A stretch of DNA of 26,964 nt from a virus (IMGVR_UViG_3300050821_009523); one strand, 5' to 3'; shown: positions 16,741-22,787, counted from the first letter of the stretch. Numbers and translations: made by a program. The notes: generated by a model not told the origin, from the sequence alone.

Positions 16741-16947
16741 TTAGCGGTGGTGCGCGTTATCGCAGTTGAACGGCACTAGGTTGGACCCTACCCAACAGAT
16801 GCAGTTGGAAAACCCGTTGCACACGCTGCCATCGCACGTAGCGTAGGTGCCACCGCACAAGAGCGTAATGAAGCCACCCTGCGCGCACCGCAGGTTTCCG
16901 GTTTCCAGGTGGCGTAGCGTCTCACGGTGCAACTTGAGCTTTCTCAT
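16741..16947 (-). CDS. RiPP (lanthipeptide-like, double-glycine) precursor peptide, 68 aa
   Basis: GGGAG RBS; leader MRKLKLHRETLRHLETGNLRCAQGG, then a 43-aa core with 6 Cys and 6 Ser/Thr. Confidence 0.8.
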   Translation of the reverse strand: MRKLKLHRETLRHLETGNLRCAQGGFITLLCGGTYATCDGSVCNGFSNCICWVGSNLVPFNCDNAHHR

Positions 16948-16974
16948 CGTATTGTCTCCCGTATTGCGTTGGCA

Positions 16975-16995
16975 GCACCCGGCGAATCCGGGTGC
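16975..16995. other. Perfect 8-bp hairpin upstream of the precursor gene
   Basis: GCACCCGG-CGAAT-CCGGGTGC; no U-tract on the minus strand. Confidence 0.5.
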
Positions 16996-17006
16996 GCCCG
17001 TACCAG

Positions 17007-17483
17007 TCAGAAAGGAATCTCGCCGTCTTCAGGATGTTTGCGCACATCAGTCACCTCGACGGGATCGCGCATCTTGGCCGATACTACTGCCTCGTAGACA
17101 ACAAACGTCTTGCGTGGTGCGCAGCGGGCCAAATCCTTGGCTTGGTTGACGGCACTCTCTAGTGTTTCGTGCTCGGCGAAGCCCCGCTCCCTGACTTGCG
17201 GCCAAGGGTTTTCTAGACATACAACGATAAAACCTGCGCCTTTCATCTCACTCCCCCCGGTTGTTGCGTTCCAACGGCCGCGGTAGCGCTGCATGTTGGT
17301 GGGCGTCTCGGCTATCAGTACTGCCATCACGCTGCTAACGGCGGCATGCTGTAGCGCGCCAATGTTCCCCTCTTGCCGCGCTAGGGCTGTACGCAGGAAA
17401 GTAAACTCCGTGCGCACCTCGCCGCGCAGGCGGTGCAGCTCGGTTGTGATGCGGCCGAGGGCTTCTTTGGTTTCGGCGTCCAT
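17007..17483 (-). CDS. Hypothetical protein (158 aa); probable internal start at 17246 giving a 79-aa C-terminal product ending DGEIPF
   Basis: TGATG-coupled start at 17483; GGGGGGAG RBS before in-frame ATG 17246. Confidence 0.6.
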   Translation of the reverse strand: MDAETKEALGRITTELHRLRGEVRTEFTFLRTALARQEGNIGALQHAAVSSVMAVLIAETPTNMQRYRGRWNATTGGSEMKGAGFIVVCLENPWPQVRERGFAEHETLESAVNQAKDLARCAPRKTFVVYEAVVSAKMRDPVEVTDVRKHPEDGEIPF

Positions 17484-17662
17484 CAGCATACCGGCAGCTG
17501 CCGCTCCGCAAGGCGCAGATAGCGCCGCGCAGCGTGCGCAGCCCATGCGGCGTACCGGCGTGCGCGCTCGGGTTCTACTGGCGCCTGCAAGCAAACGCGC
17601 GTCCAGGCGCCGAGAAATTGTGCCTCGTCGCGGTAGTGCTCTAAAGCCTCCGCAGCATTCAT
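17483..17662 (-). CDS. Small hypothetical protein (59 aa)
   Basis: AGGAG RBS just 3' of the tRNA-like CCA end. Confidence 0.65.
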   Translation of the reverse strand: MNAAEALEHYRDEAQFLGAWTRVCLQAPVEPERARRYAAWAAHAARRYLRLAERQLPVC

Positions 17663-17678
17663 CACTAGCTCCTGTGTA

Positions 17679-17754
17679 TGGCGCGGCGTGCGGGGATCGA
17701 ACCCGCCGCTTCCGGGCTACAAGGCCGGCGCGTCACCGTTGGCGCTCCCGCCGC
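17679..17754 (-). tRNA. Degenerate tRNA-Thr(UGU)-like gene, 76 nt, with encoded CCA
   Basis: GCGGCGG/ACGCCGC acceptor, D loop with GG, anticodon arm CCGGC-CTTGTAG-CCCGG, T arm GCGGG-TTCGATC-CCCGC, 3' GCCA; several non-canonical positions. Confidence 0.75.
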
Positions 17755-19165
17755 TCTCGTCGTCGCTGTCTACTGCCTGCGCTTGCGTATCGACGCCCTC
17801 CTCGATCGCGATCCACTCCACAACGCGCTCCGAGAAGCCAGAGATGCGCCGCCAGCCGGCCGACGTATCAATGCTCGGCTTATACGGCGCCACGTTGATG
17901 ATGTAGTTGTGGGTGCCGAGGCGCCGTGCCGTCGCGGGGTTGGCCTTGTGGTCGCAGTCCTGTTCGTCCGTAAAGACGATCACGCGGGCAAACGGCTGCT
18001 CGCCGAGCGTGCGCAGTTTGTCGGCGATCCAGTCCATGCACTGCTTCAGGAAGATGCCGCCACCACCAAGCTGGCAAGGTGCGTGGTGGATCGCATCCCG
18101 CAGGGCAAACCCGCGACGCGGCGGCAGGGCGGCAGTGGCGTGCTGCTGTCGGTGATCGCACCCGCCCGTGGCGTAGATCTCCACGTCCTCGCATACCTCG
18201 CGCACCAGCATCGCTAGCCCGCAGGCCGCATCGATGCGGTCCAGCGTGGACTTGCCGCCAAGCGCGCCGCCCATGCTGCCTGACACGTCCACTACCAGCG
18301 CGGTGCGGCCCGGTAGCTTGGGCATCGCGCCGAGGGACGCGAGCATGGCCTGCTCAAGGGCCGGCTCGTACGCAGGGGCGGCCTTTGCAGCCGCGATGTA
18401 GCGGTAGGGCAGTACCTTGGCATGGGGCGCGCCAGCCACCAGCGCTACGCGCGCGATGCTGCGGTCTACACCTGCCTGCTCCATGTTGCGGAGATTCTGC
18501 AAAAGCGCAGAATAGCCCAGCAGCTTGCCGGCCAATAAGCGCTCCCACGTCGCTTTCTTGTCCGCACCGCTGGAAAGCGCCACCTCCCAGGTGTCGGGGG
18601 CAGCAAGCGTGCCGTCCACGAGCTGCTTCCAAAGTGCGGCTTGCGCCTCGTCCTTGGGCTTGGCGTGACAGAGAAACAGCGCATCCCGCAGCTTCACCTT
18701 GCTGTCGCGGTTCCACTTGGCAAGCTGATACTCGGAGAAGCGCTGAAAGGCGAACGCGAGCCCGCGCTTCACCTGTGCGGCAAGCGGTTGTCGCTTCTCT
18801 TGCCAGTAGAGCGAAAGAAACTCGCTGCACTCGTCCGGCCGGCGGATCACGGCCGCCAGCGTGTCGCCCGCAAGCCGGCTGCCGGGGTGCAGGCGCACCA
18901 ACTGGCGTACGAGGTACAGCGGGACGTGCCGCAGGTGCATGCTGGTGCGCGCCTCAACGGCCAGCGCGGCCAACTCCTCGGGCCGCACCTTGGCGCACAG
19001 CTCGGTGACACGGGCCGCGATGCTGCTGCCTGTCTCGTAGAACGTGTCCTCGAATAGCAAGCACGTCGAGACGGCGCGCCGCAGCTCGGCAAACGCGGTT
19101 TGCGGGCCTGCCTTGGCGCCCTCGTGCGTCGTGGCGGTAGTGCGTGCTGCGGTGTTGGTCTTCAT
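17717..19165 (-). CDS. rsr: Ro60-related TROVE + VWA RNA-binding protein (482 aa)
   Basis: ELRRAVSTCLLFEDTFYE, EARTSMHLRHVP, LAKWNR, VKLRDALFLCHAKP, PDTWEVALS, LLQNLRN, LPYRY, VWA MIDAS-like VVDVSGSM and VIVFTDEQ; GGGAGG RBS before ATG 19165. Confidence 0.95.
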   Translation of the reverse strand: MKTNTAARTTATTHEGAKAGPQTAFAELRRAVSTCLLFEDTFYETGSSIAARVTELCAKVRPEELAALAVEARTSMHLRHVPLYLVRQLVRLHPGSRLAGDTLAAVIRRPDECSEFLSLYWQEKRQPLAAQVKRGLAFAFQRFSEYQLAKWNRDSKVKLRDALFLCHAKPKDEAQAALWKQLVDGTLAAPDTWEVALSSGADKKATWERLLAGKLLGYSALLQNLRNMEQAGVDRSIARVALVAGAPHAKVLPYRYIAAAKAAPAYEPALEQAMLASLGAMPKLPGRTALVVDVSGSMGGALGGKSTLDRIDAACGLAMLVREVCEDVEIYATGGCDHRQQHATAALPPRRGFALRDAIHHAPCQLGGGGIFLKQCMDWIADKLRTLGEQPFARVIVFTDEQDCDHKANPATARRLGTHNYIINVAPYKPSIDTSAGWRRISGFSERVVEWIAIEEGVDTQAQAVDSDDESGGSANGDAPAL

Positions 19166-19193
19166 GGCGTACTGGCCTCCCGGTCCAGGCACT

Positions 19194-19278
19194 ATCTTGG
19201 TCACGAAAGGAATGGACGCCGGCAGGAGGATCTTCTTAAGAGGAAGTACCTGCAAGCTACGCCATCTCGTGGCCAAGG
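19194..19278 (-). ncRNA. Y-RNA-like unit C (minimal, no tRNA domain)
   Basis: Shared 22-nt motif TGGCGTAGCTTGCAGGTACTTC (19264-19243); closing stems GCAGG/CCTGC, ATGG/CCAT and CTTGG-CACGA/TCGTG-CCAAG. Confidence 0.65.
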
Positions 19279-19292
19279 TCAAACTCTCATAC

Positions 19293-19437
19293 CTTGTCCC
19301 TGGGGGTACAAGCGGGCAGAGTGTCTTGCTCCTGGTGCTCTACCAACTGAGCTAACGGCCTTACGGCCGTGGCGGACTCGAACCGCCGACCCCCAGGTCC
19401 AGTGAAGTATCTCTGCTCTACGCCACCCAAGGGCAAG
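19293..19437 (-). ncRNA. yrlA: YrlA-type Y RNA with circularly permuted tRNA-like domain (unit B)
   Basis: 5' GGGTGGCGTAGAGCAGAGATACTTC; CCTGG, T arm GGCGG-TTCGAGT-CCGCC, acceptor stem ACGGCC-GTAA-GGCCGT, D arm GCTC-AGTTGGTA-GAGC, CCAGG; 3' CTCTGC...CTTGTACCCC; adjacent to the Ro60 gene. Confidence 0.9.
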
Positions 19438-19455
19438 AGCGTTTTCAAGGATCAT

Positions 19456-19537
19456 GCTTAACGGCGCGGGTACAAGCGACGCGAGGGGTTTTCTGCCAAA
19501 GAGAAGTACCTCGAATCTGCGCCACGCACCGCCAAGC
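19456..19537 (-). ncRNA. Y-RNA-like unit A (minimal, no tRNA domain)
   Basis: Motif TGGCGCAGATTCGAGGTACTTC (19524-19503), 3' CGCTTGTACCC as in unit B; outer stem GCTTGGCGGTGCG/CGCGCCGTTAAGC. Confidence 0.75.
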
Positions 19538-19543
19538 GGCGGC

Positions 19544-19573
19544 AGCGTACCAGTTTCAACGTGCGGCTGTCAA
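19544..19573 (-). promoter_or_regulatory. sigma70-type promoter for the Y RNA-Ro60 unit
   Basis: TTGACA (19573-19568), 18 nt, TACGCT (19549-19544) with TG extension; the predicted start (~19537) coincides with the 5' end of unit A. Confidence 0.72.
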
Positions 19574-20167
19574 GCGAGAGTAGGGACGATCGTGCACGGC
19601 GCGCTCCATTTCCTCGCACTGTTCAGCGAGGCCAGCGCACGGCTCAAACCACCCGACAGCGCCGGCCAGCGTGCCGAGGGCCATTACGGCCGCATCCGCA
19701 AGCCCTATGCCGCGGCTGCGCGCGTAGAAGCAGATATCGGTTAACCTAGCACCATCGATGCGCAGTGGATGAAAGACAAGCTCACCCGCCGTCCACATCT
19801 CGGTCACTGCCGTTACATCGATGGCAGCGTATTCGTAAGGCCACAGGCAAACCGACGCCCACGGCAAACGGCAGATCACCTTGTAGCTACCATTGGGTGC
19901 GAACCCTACTGCGTCGGCATTGGGTAAGTGCTCTGCGTAGAAAATGCGGCCTACGCGGAACTCTTTGTCGGCGCCGCCCTCTATTGGCGGCAGTTTGCGC
20001 GTGATCATCACCCAAGCGCCGGTCGCTGCTATGCGCTGGCGTTCGCCTGGCGAGTAGACTTCGAGATTGGCTGGATCACCGCAAAGCCTACAGGCAAGAC
20101 CATCTTTTGCATCCTTGGTAAGCTCATAACTGTCAGCAGACACGCGGGCTATTGCCTTTCTCTTCAT
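19556..20167 (-). CDS. Hypothetical protein (203 aa)
   Basis: GGGAGG RBS; CRLC motif; no family recognised. Confidence 0.75.
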   Translation of the reverse strand: MKRKAIARVSADSYELTKDAKDGLACRLCGDPANLEVYSPGERQRIAATGAWVMITRKLPPIEGGADKEFRVGRIFYAEHLPNADAVGFAPNGSYKVICRLPWASVCLWPYEYAAIDVTAVTEMWTAGELVFHPLRIDGARLTDICFYARSRGIGLADAAVMALGTLAGAVGWFEPCAGLAEQCEEMERAVHDRPYSRLTAAR

Positions 20168-20187
20168 CTTGGGGCCTCCCGGCTTTG

Positions 20188-20233
20188 TAAAACAACGAAA
20201 TGCGGCCGGCCGAGCGCAAGCCCAACCGGCCGC
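20188..20233 (-). terminator. Candidate intrinsic terminator
   Basis: GCGGCCGG/CCGGCCGC stem followed on the minus strand by ATTTCGTTGTTTT. Confidence 0.55.
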
Positions 20234-20246
20234 GGAGTTGCTATAG

Positions 20247-20618
20247 CTATAGCCCTATTGCCTCGATCAGGCCGCACACCCGCGCAACCTCGGCCTTGGC
20301 GATCGCCACCACCCGGGAGACAGCCTCGGCAGGCGCATTGCCGTCTGCGTGCCACCTATCAAGATGGGCGCAATAGCCTCGGCCGCGCAGCGGACGTACG
20401 TCGATTGCGCCACCAGCAGCTACCGCCGCGTAATGCCAACCGAGGTACTCCCACACGCGAGGCGTCCAGCCGTCGCCAAGCGCCGCCACCAGCGTGGCGG
20501 CACGGCGCTGCGCCTCGTTGTGTTCTGCGCGCGTGCATCCAAAACCGCAAGCTGGCGAGCAATACATGTCCCCGCGTTCTACGGGCGTCCAACGCAGTGC
20601 CTTCCTGTCGGCAACCAT
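20247..20618 (-). CDS. Hypothetical phage protein (123 aa)
   Basis: WTP...YCSPACGFGCTRAEH...GWTPRVWEYLGWHY; alternative GTG start at 20639. Confidence 0.75.
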   Translation of the reverse strand: MVADRKALRWTPVERGDMYCSPACGFGCTRAEHNEAQRRAATLVAALGDGWTPRVWEYLGWHYAAVAAGGAIDVRPLRGRGYCAHLDRWHADGNAPAEAVSRVVAIAKAEVARVCGLIEAIGL

Positions 20619-20635
20619 GTCAGCACCCCAACCCC

Positions 20636-21790
20636 TCACGCCGCGTACCGCAGGAGCGCCGAGCCGCGCTGCTCTAGCGCCAGCCGGTCGTCTTGGTGCT
20701 GGATGCTGCGCGCCTTGGCCGTGACGCCCTGCACGATCTGCCAGAGCGTGCGGGCGTCGCCCTCCTCGGCCTTTGCGCTTTCGATGATCTGCGTGGCCTC
20801 ACCCTTGGCGAATGCCTGCTTACGCAGCCACGCGATCACCTCGTCGTCCGTGTTGCCGAGTTTGAAACGGCTGGCGGCTTCTAGGCGACGCTTCACGTCC
20901 TGGACGCTGGCGTCCGCATACTTGGCCAGCATGGGCTGTGCCTCGCGCCGGAAGCGGTCCGGGCCGCCGGCCGTGTGCCGCACAGTGAAGGTCTTGACCT
21001 CCTCGGCGCCCCAGATCGTGCGGTTGTCGCAGCAGTAGTCGTACAGGAAAGTCATCAGCCCAAACGTGGCGCTGCCCACCTCGCTATTCCACGTAATGAA
21101 GCCGCGGTGCAGGTTGCGCACGCCGTCGCCCTCCAAGCGGATCTCCACGTCATGCGCCTCGTCCACCAGAAAGATGAAGCAGTCACGGTCGCTGGCGTAC
21201 AGTGTGGTGGCGCGCTGCGGGTTCTGCGCCTTGTAGCTCGCGCTTGGCACATGCCAGCGGCCGTCTTGGTTGACGTCGATCACGGCCTGCACCACCTCGC
21301 GGTCGTAGATCCGGCCGTAGTCGCGGCCCGTGATGCAGCGCAGGGTGTCGATTGGTGGCCGGCCGGCCTGCTCCCAAGCCTGCAACTCGGCCTCGGTCGT
21401 AGCCATGGGGCCATTCTCGGCCATGATCTGCACCGAGTCTTTGGCGGCGAGCATCTGGATGCCGTAGTTGAGGGCATAGGATGCGAGCGATGGGCCGCCC
21501 GTGTGCGTGCCGATCGTACGGAGCCACTTGGCGGGCACCTGCGCCATGCTGGCCAACTGTCCAAACGACCAATGTGTTGGTGCCAGCATCCCCATCTCGG
21601 TGTCGATGAGCAGCTCACTGCCGGCCTTGTCCTCGCCCTGCACCTTGAAGTGCTTGTTGGGCGTCACCTGTACCTCGCAACGCTCGGCGCGCGCCGTGAC
21701 GGCGGCTAGCAGCGATTCGAGGGTGAGGTAGCGCTCGTCTGCTGGACGTGCGGCCCACTGCGCCGATGCGATACTGAGATCCTGTGACAT
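20636..21790 (-). CDS. DUF932 family protein (384 aa)
   Basis: WAARPADERY, LRCITGRDYGRIYD, LYASDRDCFIFL, RGFITWNSEVG, CCDNRTIWG, RHTAG; GGGAGG RBS. Confidence 0.85.
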   Translation of the reverse strand: MSQDLSIASAQWAARPADERYLTLESLLAAVTARAERCEVQVTPNKHFKVQGEDKAGSELLIDTEMGMLAPTHWSFGQLASMAQVPAKWLRTIGTHTGGPSLASYALNYGIQMLAAKDSVQIMAENGPMATTEAELQAWEQAGRPPIDTLRCITGRDYGRIYDREVVQAVIDVNQDGRWHVPSASYKAQNPQRATTLYASDRDCFIFLVDEAHDVEIRLEGDGVRNLHRGFITWNSEVGSATFGLMTFLYDYCCDNRTIWGAEEVKTFTVRHTAGGPDRFRREAQPMLAKYADASVQDVKRRLEAASRFKLGNTDDEVIAWLRKQAFAKGEATQIIESAKAEEGDARTLWQIVQGVTAKARSIQHQDDRLALEQRGSALLRYAA

Positions 21791-21866
21791 GGCGTTGCCT
21801 CCCGTGTTTGCCGGCTTGTACCGGCGGTTGCTGCGGCACGTTTACGCCGCAGGTGGTTACTCTTTC

Positions 21867-21950
21867 TTAGCGCGATGGTCGTCGCTGATTGAGGCGCTGC
21901 CCCCCACGTCGCTGATTGATCTCCGGGAGGGTTTGGGTTGCGGTGGGCAT
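21867..21950 (-). CDS. Arg-rich leader-like peptide (27 aa)
   Basis: GGAGA RBS; MPTATQTLPEINQRRGGQRLNQRRPSR; contains a 13-bp direct repeat. Confidence 0.45.
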   Translation of the reverse strand: MPTATQTLPEINQRRGGQRLNQRRPSR

Positions 21951-22023
21951 CTCTCGTCTCCTGTGCCGGCAGGGTAACCGGCTTGGTTGTGCGGCGCCCG
22001 GCGCCGCAGGTGTCAACGGAGAG

Positions 22024-22051
22024 AGTGTACCAGTTTGACGGGATAACGCAA
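22024..22051 (-). promoter_or_regulatory. Candidate leftward promoter of the accessory block
   Basis: TTGCGT-N16-TACACT with TG extension (TGGTACACT). Confidence 0.6.
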
Positions 22052-22095
22052 GTCCCTAGTGCGACTAGGTAATGGCAGCCGCGCGGCAAAGGCGG

Positions 22096-22101
22096 TACAC
22101 T
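22096..22101 (+). promoter_or_regulatory. Candidate rightward -10 element
   Basis: TACACT; the predicted start (~22107) coincides with the 5' strand of a long-range stem; -35 is weak (ATGGCA). Confidence 0.4.
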
Positions 22102-22104
22102 AAG

Positions 22105-22270
22105 CGGCCGTGGGAGCGCGCCAATCCCGATGGCGGGCGCTAAGCAGGGAATAGGACTCTGGCGACCTTAGGCAAGCGCCGGGACATCCACGGCCGGGTA
22201 GCGCAGTGGCCGGCGGAAGCCGCCTCGACAGCCGCAGACGCCCAGCGGCAGTGGAAAGGCGGCACTGCGC
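22105..22270 (+). ncRNA. Putative structured RNA / 5' leader with two multibranch domains
   Basis: CGGCCGTGG (22105-13) / CCACGGCCG (22188-96) and GCGCAGTG (22201-08) / CACTGCGC (22263-70) with internal hairpins. Confidence 0.45.
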
Positions 22271-22295
22271 GCAGGTAAACCCACAGAGGGGCTAC

Positions 22296-22778
22296 ATGAC
22301 AGACCGGCTAGAGTTTGACGAAGAGTCCACCAAGGCACTGCCCATGGAAACACCCGCGGCAGTCCTTGCGGTGGCGCGCGCAGAGCGGTGGCTGGCCGAG
22401 ACTGTAGCAGCCGATAGATCGGCGGCACAGTTCACACGCGCCTTAGCCGCGGTGATGGGCGCAGGCAAGGTAGGGCACACCATTTCGCCTAGTGTCCTGA
22501 ATGCCCAAACACAGCTGGGGGCAGCGCACGCTGCCTACCACGCCGCTTGGCAGGCCGGCTGGCCTGTGCTGCAGGGCTACATCGCGATCGAGCTGGACGG
22601 CAGGCGGGTGCTACGGCGCGAGGTAGCAGAGAAGCCAGAGCTGCTGCCGGGCGAGATCGAGATATCCACGGTTGGGACGCTGGTGCCGGCCTACGTGACG
22701 GGGCCGCGTCGTGGCGCAGAGCCGGAGTACTACCCCGCGCTGCCGCCCAGCACTGCACGCAAGCCCTGGCTGCGGTAG
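22296..22778 (+). CDS. Hypothetical protein (160 aa)
   Basis: AGAGGGG RBS before ATG 22296. Confidence 0.7.
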   Translation: MTDRLEFDEESTKALPMETPAAVLAVARAERWLAETVAADRSAAQFTRALAAVMGAGKVGHTISPSVLNAQTQLGAAHAAYHAAWQAGWPVLQGYIAIELDGRRVLRREVAEKPELLPGEIEISTVGTLVPAYVTGPRRGAEPEYYPALPPSTARKPWLR

Positions 22779-22787
22779 TGGCCTGCT

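Noticed and set aside
17007-17594. 195-aa single ORF from the track
   Set aside because: The N-terminal part overlaps the 17483..17662 gene; the TGATG-coupled start at 17483 is better supported.
19166-19282. Track start of the TROVE ORF at 19282 (521 aa)
   Set aside because: The extension runs through Y-RNA-like unit C; a GGGAGG RBS precedes ATG 19165 and TROVE-like sequence begins after it.
19330-19396. Ordinary tRNA gene suggested by T-arm and D-arm motifs
   Set aside because: Arms are in permuted order, the acceptor end is closed by a GTAA loop, and there is no anticodon loop or CCA; it is a YrlA-type domain.
19243-19524. CRISPR array suggested by three spaced repeats
   Set aside because: Only three degenerate 22-nt copies with unequal spacing (161 and 99 nt), a variable core and no cas genes; structure fits Y RNAs.
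22105-22270. HDV-like ribozyme or known riboswitch
   Set aside because: The long stem is followed by GG but no P3/L3 element precedes it; I found no cobalamin, TPP, FMN, SAM-I or fluoride consensus by eye.
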